NCBI GenBank assembly: GCA_018830105.1 | Contig: JAHJTC010000014.1 | Coordinates: forward strand, 107,716-171,715 | From: Bacteroidota bacterium | Lineage (GTDB): Bacteria; Bacteroidota; Bacteroidia; Bacteroidales; F082 | Direction of reading: 5' to 3' | DNA length: 64,000 nt | Shown here: positions 8,084-18,610 of the stretch, in pieces | Layout: each line of letters opens with the position of its first letter | How positions within the stretch are numbered: the stretch's first letter is position 1 | Translations under genes and position numbers: made by a program | Notes under the pieces: model-generated | The model's database searches: none | Told to the model about the DNA's origin: nothing | What the model saw: only the letters and a program-made list of their open reading frames with translations

Positions 8084-9463
8084 TTATTTTGACAGGATTT
8101 CAGCCAAATGATAGGCCTGTTTGATGCGGTCGGCCATGCCAATACCATCCCGGATATTGCCGGCCAGAAAGACACCCGGATGATTTTCTTCAATGGCTGA
8201 AATAGCCGCCAGACGTGCCTCTGAGCTGCTATCGTATTGAGGAATGGCTTGCTGATAACGGAAAAGTTCAAAAAGATCAGGCGATAAGGTTTCATCATGA
8301 AAAAGCTCACGAAGCGCTTTCAGGGCAATGGCTTTTAATTCCTCATCAGTTTTATCGTAGAGGTCGGGTTTCTTAATTCCACCCATAAATACCGACATCA
8401 GCGCTCCGCCTTCAGGCGCCCTGCCGGGAAAAATGGAAGCAGGAAACAGAACGCCCAGGATGTCTCTGTTTTCCTTCTCAGGAATCAAGCCGCCAAATGC
8501 ATTGAGTTTAGTGCCCTTCCAGTGATTGAACCCAACAGCAATCTGAATAACTTTGGCATAACGCAGGTTTACGATATCAGTGAAAAGCTGAGGCTGTATG
8601 AAGTCGAACAAATTTTTGAGATAACTACCTCCACTGCTTGTTACCACGCGCTCTGCTTCGAAGAATTTGTAACGATCCCCTTGTTTTATTTTGAGACTGA
8701 ATCCGTTGCTTGTTTTAGAAATGTGCCGCACTTCGCTTCCTGTATAGAGTGCCTCCTGATCCAATTTTGAGGTAATAGATTCAATGAGGGATCCCAGCCC
8801 TCCTTTTGCCGAAAAAACGGCTTTATTAGCTTTCTTCTCAAGTGCTGTTTTTGGAAGCTTACTTTTTTTGATGGCACCTTTTATAAAACTACCATAGCCC
8901 TGTTCCAGCTGATATAACTTTGGAAGTGCATATTTTGTGATGAGTTGATTGGGATCACCGGCATAGATTCCACTGATAAAAGGATCAACGGCATAATCCA
9001 GAAAGCTTTTTCCCATGCGCCTTACAACAAGTTCAGCCAATGTTTCCTTGGGGTTTCTGCCTTTTTTTCTGAAGGGCTCTCCTAAAAGCCTGAGCTTGTC
9101 TTTAAAACTAAATAGGGGCGTTGTTACACCTGCCCAAAATCCTGCGGGAAGAGCAACCCATTCACCCTTTTTTAAAATCCAGCGATTGGCAGCCGCCGGA
9201 TTTGCAATTTCTGTCGGACATCCAATGTCCTCGAACAACTCAACAGTTTCTGTGGTTGACAACACACCTGTGTTTGGACCTTCTTCATATTGAAAACCGG
9301 CTTTTCTGATTGTGTTGATTACGCCGCCCAGTCGATCGTCTTTTTCAAAAAGCAGAAAGGGAATACCTTTCTGTTGGAGCCTGAAAGCCAGACTTAAACC
9401 TGTTAGTCCACCACCAATTATTGCGACGCTGCCCGGCTGAAAATTGCTTGTTTGCACTGTCAT
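8084..9463 (-). CDS. hemY: FAD-dependent protoporphyrinogen oxidase (HemY type)
   Basis: 459 aa. N-terminal dinucleotide fold VAIIGGGLTGLSLAF, a C-terminal GNIRDGIGMADRI-like segment, positioned between hemN and hemH. Confidence 0.85.
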   Translation of the reverse strand: MTVQTSNFQPGSVAIIGGGLTGLSLAFRLQQKGIPFLLFEKDDRLGGVINTIRKAGFQYEEGPNTGVLSTTETVELFEDIGCPTEIANPAAANRWILKKGEWVALPAGFWAGVTTPLFSFKDKLRLLGEPFRKKGRNPKETLAELVVRRMGKSFLDYAVDPFISGIYAGDPNQLITKYALPKLYQLEQGYGSFIKGAIKKSKLPKTALEKKANKAVFSAKGGLGSLIESITSKLDQEALYTGSEVRHISKTSNGFSLKIKQGDRYKFFEAERVVTSSGGSYLKNLFDFIQPQLFTDIVNLRYAKVIQIAVGFNHWKGTKLNAFGGLIPEKENRDILGVLFPASIFPGRAPEGGALMSVFMGGIKKPDLYDKTDEELKAIALKALRELFHDETLSPDLFELFRYQQAIPQYDSSSEARLAAISAIEENHPGVFLAGNIRDGIGMADRIKQAYHLAEILSK

Positions 9464-9472
9464 AGGTTTACT

Positions 9473-10846
9473 TTAAATAGTTTTTGAGTAAAGACGATCA
9501 GGATTTACCTGCAAAGGATCTAAAGAAGCCGCGATATTTCGAATAAATAATTGGCCTGCATCTGTAATCTCAAGTCTATTAGCATTCATTTTTAATAAGT
9601 TATCTGCTTCAAATTCAGCCAAAGCATTTTTATCGAGATGAATGCTGTTTTTGAGTGTATCTAAGGATATGTTTCTGCGCATGGCTAAGCTTTCCAAATC
9701 CAGTACCTTATTACACATTAGGTCAGTTATGGCTTCTCTCACAATCATTTCCTGCTTGCTAAGTTCATATCCTTTGACGGTAGCGGCGTTTCCTTGCGAA
9801 ATTCTTTCAATATAGTCATCCACAGATTTGGTGTTCTGCAAATAGGCTTGCTCGAGTTGGCTGATAGCCGAAACGCCTACTGCGTATACCTGTCCGGTGG
9901 TTGCACGCGTGCAGTATCCCTGAAAATTTCTGTGTAATTTTTTTGAATCCAGCGCCCTGAAGAGCTCATCATTGGGCAGCACAAAATGATCCATTCCAAT
10001 TGCTTTATAACCGGCCTCAGCCAATATCATAGCAGCTTTGTTGTACATTGCAACTTTTAGATTGCTATCAGAAAGCCCTCTTTTTTCGAGGATTTCCTGG
10101 TTTTTGAACACGGAAGGAAGATGCGCATAAGAAAATGTTACCAAACGATCAGGTTTGAGCTTTGCTGCTGCTTCGATGGTTTCTGCAAAAGAATCTAAAG
10201 TTTGTGCAGGAAGGCCATAAATAAAATCGAAGTTGATGGCATTATTGGGCTGTCCGTTTTTGATAATAGCCATAATATCAGCAATTGGCATGGCCGAAGG
10301 ATCCCGGTTTACAAGTCGCAGGACGTCTTTGTTAAAATCTTGAATACCAAGGCTGAAGCGATTAAATCCGGCCTGCTTCAAATCCAGCAGGTATTGTTCA
10401 TCCAGATAGGCCGGATTTGTTTCTATGGCAACTTCAGCATCATCGGTCAGTTCGAATGCATCAAATATCATTTGGTTGAGCGCTTGTAAATGCTGGGCTT
10501 CGATAGCGTTTGGAGTGCCTCCTCCATAGTGTATCTGCGACACTTTACGGTTTTTGTCGAGTAGGTTGATCAGCCGGCTAAGCTCAGTTTTCAACGCTGC
10601 CAGATAACTTTTCACTTGATTTGCTTTTCCCATCGGACAAGTGTTGCAACCACAGTAAAAGCAGAGTTTTTTACAGAAAGGAATATGCAGGTAAAACGAA
10701 ATATTCTGAGGCTTAAAGCTATTTGATTTTCTTACAGCTTCCTCATAATTGCTGCTGTTAACTTCTTCAGTGAAATGATTTGCAGGCGGATAGCTTGTGT
10801 ATCGGGGAGCTGCTTTATTGTATTTTTTGATCAGATCAGTATTCAT
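9473..10846 (-). CDS. hemN: oxygen-independent coproporphyrinogen III oxidase (radical SAM)
   Basis: 457 aa. YTSYPPA and HIPFCKKLCFYCGCN carry the full CX3CX2CXC signature that separates true HemN from HemW-like proteins. GGGTP also present. Confidence 0.9.
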   Translation of the reverse strand: MNTDLIKKYNKAAPRYTSYPPANHFTEEVNSSNYEEAVRKSNSFKPQNISFYLHIPFCKKLCFYCGCNTCPMGKANQVKSYLAALKTELSRLINLLDKNRKVSQIHYGGGTPNAIEAQHLQALNQMIFDAFELTDDAEVAIETNPAYLDEQYLLDLKQAGFNRFSLGIQDFNKDVLRLVNRDPSAMPIADIMAIIKNGQPNNAINFDFIYGLPAQTLDSFAETIEAAAKLKPDRLVTFSYAHLPSVFKNQEILEKRGLSDSNLKVAMYNKAAMILAEAGYKAIGMDHFVLPNDELFRALDSKKLHRNFQGYCTRATTGQVYAVGVSAISQLEQAYLQNTKSVDDYIERISQGNAATVKGYELSKQEMIVREAITDLMCNKVLDLESLAMRRNISLDTLKNSIHLDKNALAEFEADNLLKMNANRLEITDAGQLFIRNIAASLDPLQVNPDRLYSKTI

Positions 10847-12044
10847 GGTGTTTGTAAACTTTTTTGAGTGAAAAAGTGAGTATTATCATGGCCAGGATGC
10901 TGAACATGATTTCAATGAGGAATAAATTGGTATAACCCAGCACATCTGCAACTTTTCCGCTAAGAATAGCCATGATAAGACCGCTTAAGTGTGTGATTAC
11001 AATTTGTAGGGTGAAATCTGTTCCTTCTCGCCCACTACGCACAAGATCCATCGAGCTGGTGTAAATGGCAACAGTTGACATACCATAGGATGACCATAGT
11101 AAAAATATTCCCAAGTAAATTAAATGAATGCCAGGGGTTTGCATGCTGATAAAGTAAAAATAGACTCCGGCAAGCAAACTGAGTGTGAGGAAGCTGTATA
11201 AGGCAATTTTTTTGCCTGCTTTTTTGATGAACCAGCCGGCTCCCATGGCAGAAACTGCTGCTATGGCTGTGCCAAAGATTCCGGCCATAAATCCAATATC
11301 TTTGGCGGTATAACCTAAATCTACCAGCCAGGGTTTCAGCATGGCTAAAATCCCTATGATTCCTGAATAATAGAAGAATAGCAGTAAAATCCACCAAGGG
11401 ATGCCCGGTACTTTGAAAAATGATATCAAATCACCCAAACTAACTTTTAGCTTCTCCTTTTGCGCTTTGGGCTCGTTGAGTTTTACAAAGCGAAGAGGAA
11501 TTAGCGCGATTAGTACAAAAAGTGCCAGACAAATCAGCAAGTAATACCAGCCAAGATAGTAGTAAACAATTAAAAGCACGCCGCTTCCGAGTAGCGTGCC
11601 TATAAAGCTTCCTGCAGATTGCATGCTGTTGCCAAGACTTCGTTCGTTTTTTTTAAGTAAAAGAATAGCAAAGGCATCAGTAGCGATATCCTGGGTGGCA
11701 GATGCCGTAAAAGCGATCAGCATCAAGGCGACAATCAGCGTGAAATCAGTTTGTAAACTGAAAAAGCCAATATGTAAAATAATCAGGGCGTAAAAAAACT
11801 CCGAAAGATAAATCCAGCGCTTATACTGACGCATAGTTGATGCGTTATTGTCAACCAGAGGCGCCCATAAAAATTTCAGTATCCAGGGGAGCTTTACCAA
11901 TTGCAACAATCCAATCGACTCCAAAGAATAGTTTTCCTGGCGCATTATTACAGGCACCACGGTTGAAAAAAAACTCATGGGCACCGATTGTGCGATATAT
12001 AAGCTGAATAAGACTGGAAATTTAGGCCAGTTGGCTTGCTTCAT
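10836..12044 (-). CDS. MFS permease of the AmpG/PAT family
   Basis: 402 aa with about 12 predicted hydrophobic segments. The motifs LPWILKFLWAPLVD and ASATQDIATDAF align to E. coli AmpG (FKFLWSPLMD, CSASQDIVFDAW). Confidence 0.8.
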   Translation of the reverse strand: MKQANWPKFPVLFSLYIAQSVPMSFFSTVVPVIMRQENYSLESIGLLQLVKLPWILKFLWAPLVDNNASTMRQYKRWIYLSEFFYALIILHIGFFSLQTDFTLIVALMLIAFTASATQDIATDAFAILLLKKNERSLGNSMQSAGSFIGTLLGSGVLLIVYYYLGWYYLLICLALFVLIALIPLRFVKLNEPKAQKEKLKVSLGDLISFFKVPGIPWWILLLFFYYSGIIGILAMLKPWLVDLGYTAKDIGFMAGIFGTAIAAVSAMGAGWFIKKAGKKIALYSFLTLSLLAGVYFYFISMQTPGIHLIYLGIFLLWSSYGMSTVAIYTSSMDLVRSGREGTDFTLQIVITHLSGLIMAILSGKVADVLGYTNLFLIEIMFSILAMIILTFSLKKVYKHHEY

Positions 12045-12047
12045 GGA

Positions 12048-14144
12048 TTATATTTTTAAGGACAAATCAATGCCAAATTGAGCTGGCTTGCCCGATTGCA
12101 TATAACGGTTTCCAAGCGCTTCAAAATAGAATGAGGTGTATTCTTCACCAAAGATATTTTCTCCAAACAGCCTGATTTCAAAATTGTTCTTTGTGAAAGC
12201 AATATTTAAATCAATAAGGTTGTAGGCTTGTTGTGAAAAATTGTTTTGCTCGTTCCAGAACAGCTCTCCTGTGCTTTTCCATAGGCCTGTAATCCTGATT
12301 CGATCAATAAATCGCGTGTTGACTTTGATGGTCTTGTTGAGTTGTAAAGCCAGCGTATGTCTTGGCACATAGGGTAAAAAGTTGCCGTTGTAGTTTTTTG
12401 TAGAATCAACAATGTGCGATAGAAAACTGGCGTGGGTATAACCATAGGCTACAAATACTTCAAAATTTAAAGGAAGCGAGCTTTTTACTGACACTTCAAA
12501 TCCTTTGCTCAGGCTATGACCTGCATTTTTTAGCATCGAACCTCGCCCGCTGGGAACGGTTTGATAAATCTGCTGGTTAGTCCAGTCGATATAAAATAGC
12601 GAAAGCTCAGCAAAAGTTCTTTGCTCAAAGAGAGAAGTTTTGATGCCAAGTTCATAATTCCAGCTTTGTTCGGGCAAGAAAGTTAGATCTTCCGGACGCT
12701 CAAAAGTAGAGTTAAAACCTCCTGTCTTAAAACCTTTTGCAGCTAATGCATATACGGAAGTCTGATTGGTGAGGGCATATGAGAGGGCGATTTTTGGTGA
12801 AACCTCATTGTAGTTTAACAGGGGATAAGTGGTGTCAGCAATACTGTTATTCTGACCATTTCTTAACATATCGTATGTGTAGGATAGCTTGCTTTGCTCG
12901 AAGTCGATACGAATACCGGCAGTAAGTGTTAAGCCGTTGATCAGAAAGTTATCCAGCATCGATTGGTGGAATAAGGCAAAGCCCGAATTGATTTCGTCGT
13001 AGCTTTTAAACATCCGAAGCTTTTGAGCATAAACATCTACATCAACCGATTTATCAAGCAATTGCGTGAATCCAAAAACACCTGCAACCCATTGGTAATT
13101 TCCTGCATAGGCTGATTTAAATACAAACTCCTGCGAAAGCATGTGCTGCTGCTGTTTCTGCGTGACAAGGTAAAGAGAGTCAGCAGTAAAATCCTGGTCA
13201 ATTTCCTGAAAATCAACCAGTGCCTGATAACTTGTCGTAGATATCATTTCTATACGAGGGCCTTTGTAATTTAATATCAATCCATTAGATAATAAATTTC
13301 TTTCATAACCTGATGGCTGATTGTAATTGATAAGCTCAGCTTTTTCCAATGAATCATTATAAACCGCATAGGGATAACCACCTTGTTTGCTGTATTCGTA
13401 ACTGAGAATGTTAGACAACTGCCAGCGCTCGTTGATTTGCCAGCTCAAGCGGTTGCGCATTCCCAAAGCATCCATATAATCAACCTGTTCGTTATTATAG
13501 GTGTTGGTAAAGAAGCCATCGGTATGTCTGTAATTGAAAGACAGGCTATAGCCTAAGTCTTTACTGATTTTATTGTAGTGACTTAATCCGGCTGCATATT
13601 CTCCATAAGTGGCTGCAGAAAGCCTAAAACTGGTTTCCGGTTTTTCGCCGGGAGCACGCGTAATAATGTTGATAATGCCTCCCATGCTATTGCGTCCGTA
13701 AAGGCTTCCCTGAGGGCCACGCAACACTTCAACACGTTCAATATCAAAGAAGTCGAAATCAAAAGCTGATTTTTCAAAATAGGGAATTTGATCCACATAA
13801 AGTCCCACCGAAGGCGAATTGATACGCGATCCGATTCCCCGGATGTAAACCGGTGAAGTGAGCTTTGATCCGTAATCAGGCATAAATAAATTGGGCGTAA
13901 TGGCTGATATATCCTTGATGGACTCGATGCGGTTTTCCTTGAGGGTTCGCGCCGTAAGCACAGTAGCTGCCCCGGTAAGCGATTTTAGTTCAATCCGCTC
14001 TTTTGGTGCACGGATTGTGATTTCGTCCAGAACTATTTCAGGAACACCGGTGCTGTCGTTAAGAATAAAGTGCATTTGCTGGGCATGGATAGGGTGTCCA
14101 AAAGCCCAAGAAAATAAGATGATAAATATTATTAATCGGTACAT
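12048..14144 (-). CDS. TonB-dependent receptor (plug + 22-strand barrel type)
   Basis: Signal peptide, plug motifs (ITIRA.., RVEVLRGPQGSLYGRNSMGGIINIITR), and a C-terminal barrel ending in an aromatic-rich strand. I moved the start to the ATG (MYRLIIF); the tracked start is a TTG. Confidence 0.9.
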   Translation of the reverse strand: MYRLIIFIILFSWAFGHPIHAQQMHFILNDSTGVPEIVLDEITIRAPKERIELKSLTGAATVLTARTLKENRIESIKDISAITPNLFMPDYGSKLTSPVYIRGIGSRINSPSVGLYVDQIPYFEKSAFDFDFFDIERVEVLRGPQGSLYGRNSMGGIINIITRAPGEKPETSFRLSAATYGEYAAGLSHYNKISKDLGYSLSFNYRHTDGFFTNTYNNEQVDYMDALGMRNRLSWQINERWQLSNILSYEYSKQGGYPYAVYNDSLEKAELINYNQPSGYERNLLSNGLILNYKGPRIEMISTTSYQALVDFQEIDQDFTADSLYLVTQKQQQHMLSQEFVFKSAYAGNYQWVAGVFGFTQLLDKSVDVDVYAQKLRMFKSYDEINSGFALFHQSMLDNFLINGLTLTAGIRIDFEQSKLSYTYDMLRNGQNNSIADTTYPLLNYNEVSPKIALSYALTNQTSVYALAAKGFKTGGFNSTFERPEDLTFLPEQSWNYELGIKTSLFEQRTFAELSLFYIDWTNQQIYQTVPSGRGSMLKNAGHSLSKGFEVSVKSSLPLNFEVFVAYGYTHASFLSHIVDSTKNYNGNFLPYVPRHTLALQLNKTIKVNTRFIDRIRITGLWKSTGELFWNEQNNFSQQAYNLIDLNIAFTKNNFEIRLFGENIFGEEYTSFYFEALGNRYMQSGKPAQFGIDLSLKI

Positions 14145-14383
14145 AATCAGCAAACTATAAATATAATAAGTTAAATATCTTTCGCAATTGGTCGGATGGA
14201 AAGCTAATGTCGTGTCTGTGCTACTGTGTCGGTTAAGTCGTAGTAATTTTTTCTCAAATCAAAAAAGAAATTCTGCGCATAGCCCATGTTAAGTAAAGGA
14301 TTTATTTTGCAGAGTTAGGAAAAAAGAACAAGACTTGAGCCGGCTAAAGCTAGTGTTGACATGACACTAGGGAATAAAACTTA

Positions 14384-14737
14384 TTATATTGCCGGAGGTG
14401 GCCTGCTGAAAAGAAAATGCGAGATAAACTGTTTGGGAATTCGAGTGGAGAGCTCCGGATTAAAAAGCGCTAACAGATAACGAATCGTAGTGTCAGAACT
14501 AAATATTTCTTGTTTTTGTGCAATTTGATTGCCAATCTCATCAAGGTAATAAAAACAATCAGCTAAATTATCAGCTGATTTTTCTGATTGCAGAATGATT
14601 TGTTTTGTCAGTAGTTCTGCTTCGGCCATTGCCTCATGCTCCAATGCCTTGAGCGAAAATGAGGCAAAGCTTACCAGATACACTACACCAAGCAGTATGT
14701 AAGGCAAGTTAGTTGAAAGTAATCCGAAGAAAAACAT
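14384..14737 (-). CDS. hypothetical small membrane-anchored protein
   Basis: 117-aa ORF with one N-terminal hydrophobic helix. It is the only ORF in an otherwise gene-poor stretch of about 860 bp. No recognisable motif. Confidence 0.3.
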   Translation of the reverse strand: MFFFGLLSTNLPYILLGVVYLVSFASFSLKALEHEAMAEAELLTKQIILQSEKSADNLADCFYYLDEIGNQIAQKQEIFSSDTTIRYLLALFNPELSTRIPKQFISHFLFSRPPPAI

Positions 14738-15009
14738 GCTATTAATCCTTTTTCAAGCGCAAAGAAAATACTTTTTTATGATATCAAGCATTTAATTACT
14801 TAATTAGGTTCAATTTAGAAATTCTCTAAATAGTGTCTGTCTATAATGTCCGATATATGCGCCCTGCCTATCTGCTGAAGGCAGGCAGGCTTGATCTCGA
14901 CCATTTTGAATCAGCCGCTGGACTTTATTGACAAACGTTAAATTGCTTATACAGGCACAAAATCAGCATCAATTTTATCAGCATTAATAGTTTATAACCA
15001 GATTTGCCT

Positions 15010-15017
15010 TAAATTTG
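15010..15017 (+). promoter_or_regulatory. candidate -7 promoter box (TAAATTTG)
   Basis: Matches TAnnTTTG, 23 nt upstream of the ATG at 15041. It overlaps the tracked GTG start, which argues for the ATG start. Confidence 0.35.
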
Positions 15018-15040
15018 TGATTGCCAAATTAAAACCTGAA

Positions 15041-15550
15041 ATGAAAAAAATTATTCCTGGATTTTTATTGCTGTTTCTGCTGATTTTTATTACTTCCTGC
15101 GAACAAAAAGAAGAACTATCTCCGGATGAAATCCTTGTCTGGAATAAGCAAATTGCGGAAGCTTATGTAAAGACCATGGCAGCCTCCATTGGTGAAGCTG
15201 CTACTGAAATAAGTGATAGTGTTGAATTGGTGAGTTTTATTCGCAGAGTAATTGATCCGATAAGCTTTTATCCGGATAGCTCGGGTTATTTTTATGTGTA
15301 TAACTTCAACTGTGTAAACATAGCTCATGCGCGCCAAAAGGACTTAGAAGGACAAAACTTACACGATTATACCGATTCGCGTGGAAAATACGTGATTCGT
15401 GAACTTTCAGCTGTTGCCCAAAGTGGTGGAGGCTATGTAGTTTTTTATTGGATAAAGCCCGGCGAAACCGGTGAAAAACGCAAGCTTGGCTATGTTAAGC
15501 CTATTCCCAATACCGAATACTTTATTGGAACCGGTGTTTATCTTGAATAG
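15041..15550 (+). CDS. stand-alone Cache (sCache_2-like) domain lipoprotein
   Basis: MKKIIPGFLLLFLLIFITSC lipobox. GYFYVYNFN..NIAHA, the DSRGKYVIREL region, and GGGYVVFYWIKPGETGEKRKLGYVKPIPNTEYFIGTGVY are the classic Cache_2 signature. No transmitter domain follows. Confidence 0.7.
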   Translation: MKKIIPGFLLLFLLIFITSCEQKEELSPDEILVWNKQIAEAYVKTMAASIGEAATEISDSVELVSFIRRVIDPISFYPDSSGYFYVYNFNCVNIAHARQKDLEGQNLHDYTDSRGKYVIRELSAVAQSGGGYVVFYWIKPGETGEKRKLGYVKPIPNTEYFIGTGVYLE

Positions 15551-15640
15551 GTTTCAGAAAAAAATATTCTAATTATAAGTGCAAACAAAAAATCCTCATT
15601 AGTTGTTATTAGCATTGACAAATCGTAAACACGTTTTAAT

Positions 15641-16225
15641 ATGCGTATTGTATTGAGCCTCATCTTGATGTTTTCATCGTTTTTTGTTTTCGGTCAATCG
15701 GGGATAAAATATGAAAAAGAAGAATCAGTATGCAGGGAAGCCTTTCCTGATGAGGCCTTGTTGCAGCTGCAGCCCCTGTTGGACCAGTCAAAAAGAATTC
15801 GTTTTTACAAAGAAACGGATCAGGATGGGATTAATTATGAAGTTAAATTGAAATTTGAGGGCAACTTTTACAGTATTGAGTACGACTCCTCTAACAACTT
15901 AAAGGATATTGAAAGGTTAATGAGCTGGAAAAAATACAATATGCCGGCCAAGTTAGTGATGCAACAATTTATGGATTCTTTGTTTATCAAGTACAAAGTG
16001 AAGCGATTTCAAATACAGGATGTGCCAAATTCAGCGCTCGAATCGATACACTATTTGCCATTGGAGAAGGATTTTTTGATTGGCAGGAATTACGAACTGG
16101 AGCTGGATGCTATTTTAAAAGGCCAGCACAAGCCTTTAAGTTTTGAATTATTGTTTGATAATTCAGGGGTTTTATTGCAAAGACGAATCATTTCCAGTGA
16201 CTTGCAGGATAATTTAATTTACTAG
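15641..16225 (+). CDS. secreted hypothetical protein, possibly PepSY-like repeats
   Basis: 194 aa with a signal peptide. Two YE(V/L)xL...FD/YD segments resemble PepSY-like (DUF2874-type) repeats. The function call is weak. Confidence 0.5.
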   Translation: MRIVLSLILMFSSFFVFGQSGIKYEKEESVCREAFPDEALLQLQPLLDQSKRIRFYKETDQDGINYEVKLKFEGNFYSIEYDSSNNLKDIERLMSWKKYNMPAKLVMQQFMDSLFIKYKVKRFQIQDVPNSALESIHYLPLEKDFLIGRNYELELDAILKGQHKPLSFELLFDNSGVLLQRRIISSDLQDNLIY

Positions 16226-16226
16226 C

Positions 16227-16928
16227 ATGAGAGGGATAGCATTCGGTTTTTTAATGACATTGTTGTTGCTTTTTGTGGCTTCAAGCGCTTGGTCGCAACG
16301 TATTCCTTTTTATGCCGAACCGGCGCTCTCGGTTGGTAAACAATTGAAAGGCAGGTTTTCAGTCAATGCCAAATTCGTTTTTCGGCAGCAGTTTGCCAGT
16401 ATAAATGAACAACAACTCGACTGGTTTTCACAAAGTGATGTGGTTGAGGTACAGCTTTTTCTGAATTATAAAATCCTGGGTAGCAAACGGCTTACTTTCG
16501 GGTATCTATATGGTCTTGATGATCCGTTTCTTACTGATCCGGCATGGGAACACCGGCTGATGCAACAATTTACATTTCAAAGCGGAAATCGGTTTAAGTG
16601 GGTAAACAGGTTGCGATTGGAACAACGTTTTAGTGCAAACCAATTCAGAAATCGCATAAGATATCGGTTTACTTTTGATAGCCCGCTATCAGGCAGCAAA
16701 CTTGACCCGAAGGAGTGGTATTTTGTTGCAGGCGACGAATGGCTTTATAATTTCACCGGAAAGCCCGGCGAAGACCATCTTGAAAATCGCATTCAGGCAG
16801 GACTCGGGTATTTGTTCGATAACGGACATAAAGTCCAATTCGAAATACAGTATCGTTGGCTAAGAATGCTTTCTTCCCGGGAAGCTTCTGCCTGGCATTT
16901 GCTGCTTACTTACAACCTGAATCTGTAG
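16227..16928 (+). CDS. putative outer-membrane beta-barrel protein (DUF2490-like)
   Basis: 233 aa with a signal peptide, alternating amphipathic strands, RLRLEQRF and IRYRFTF motifs, and a C-terminal aromatic strand. Starts 2 nt after the previous gene. Confidence 0.5.
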   Translation: MRGIAFGFLMTLLLLFVASSAWSQRIPFYAEPALSVGKQLKGRFSVNAKFVFRQQFASINEQQLDWFSQSDVVEVQLFLNYKILGSKRLTFGYLYGLDDPFLTDPAWEHRLMQQFTFQSGNRFKWVNRLRLEQRFSANQFRNRIRYRFTFDSPLSGSKLDPKEWYFVAGDEWLYNFTGKPGEDHLENRIQAGLGYLFDNGHKVQFEIQYRWLRMLSSREASAWHLLLTYNLNL

Positions 16929-17120
16929 TGCTATCCTGAAAAAGCCTCGTTTTATTGCGGAGGCAAAATAACTTGTTTATCGCCGTTGAAACAAGGTATT
17001 ACAGTATTATCAAGCCTTCCGCCTAAAACGATTGCATTAAGCTTATTTAGACTGATTCTAATATACTATCGTTCGCGCGAATATCCTTAGCTTTGTTTGG
17101 TAAAGTAAGTCTAAAAACTG

Positions 17121-17140
17121 TAATTTTGCCTTGTTAACAA
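17121..17140 (+). promoter_or_regulatory. candidate gdhA promoter -7 box (TAATTTTG) followed by perfect palindrome TTGTTAACAA
   Basis: TAATTTTG lies at 17121-17128. The 10-bp palindrome at 17131-17140 covers the expected transcription start. A TGTTAAT half-site follows about 10 nt later. Confidence 0.35.
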
Positions 17141-17187
17141 AATAACACTGTTAATTAGTAACAGGCATAATTTATATAAATCATTAA

Positions 17188-18537
<1,350 letters not shown>

Positions 18538-18575
18538 TCCTTGTTTTCTGTGACCTACAGGTCCAAACCAAATGT

Positions 18576-18610
18576 AAAAAAGGTCGTTGTTTATCAACGG
18601 CCTTTTTTTT
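18576..18610 (+). terminator. intrinsic terminator after gdhA
   Basis: AAAAAAGGTCGTTG-TTTAT-CAACGGCCTTTTTTTT: a 9-bp stem (one G-U) followed by T8. Confidence 0.8.

Noticed and set aside
8062-8310. 82-aa minus-strand ORF, and other short alternative-frame ORFs nested in larger genes (e.g. 3366-3629, 11035-11397, 12206-12445, 13583-13798, 51928-52179)
   Set aside because: They are nested out of frame or antisense within genes with strong family signatures. No independent start or stop context supports them.
14154-14200. Possible Fur box or heme-responsive operator in the AT-rich sequence (TTAACTTATTATATTTATAG) just upstream of the hem-linked receptor
   Set aside because: It is only generic AT-richness. 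I could not align it convincingly to a 19-bp Fur consensus or find a dyad. Left as untested.
14154-14383. Looked for a cobalamin, TPP or other riboswitch in front of the hem-operon receptor, and likewise at 54209-54402
   Set aside because: No B12-box, TPP (CUGAGA..ACCUGAUCUGGAUAAUGCCAGCG) or other conserved riboswitch core was recognisable. The sequence is AT-rich and unstructured by eye.
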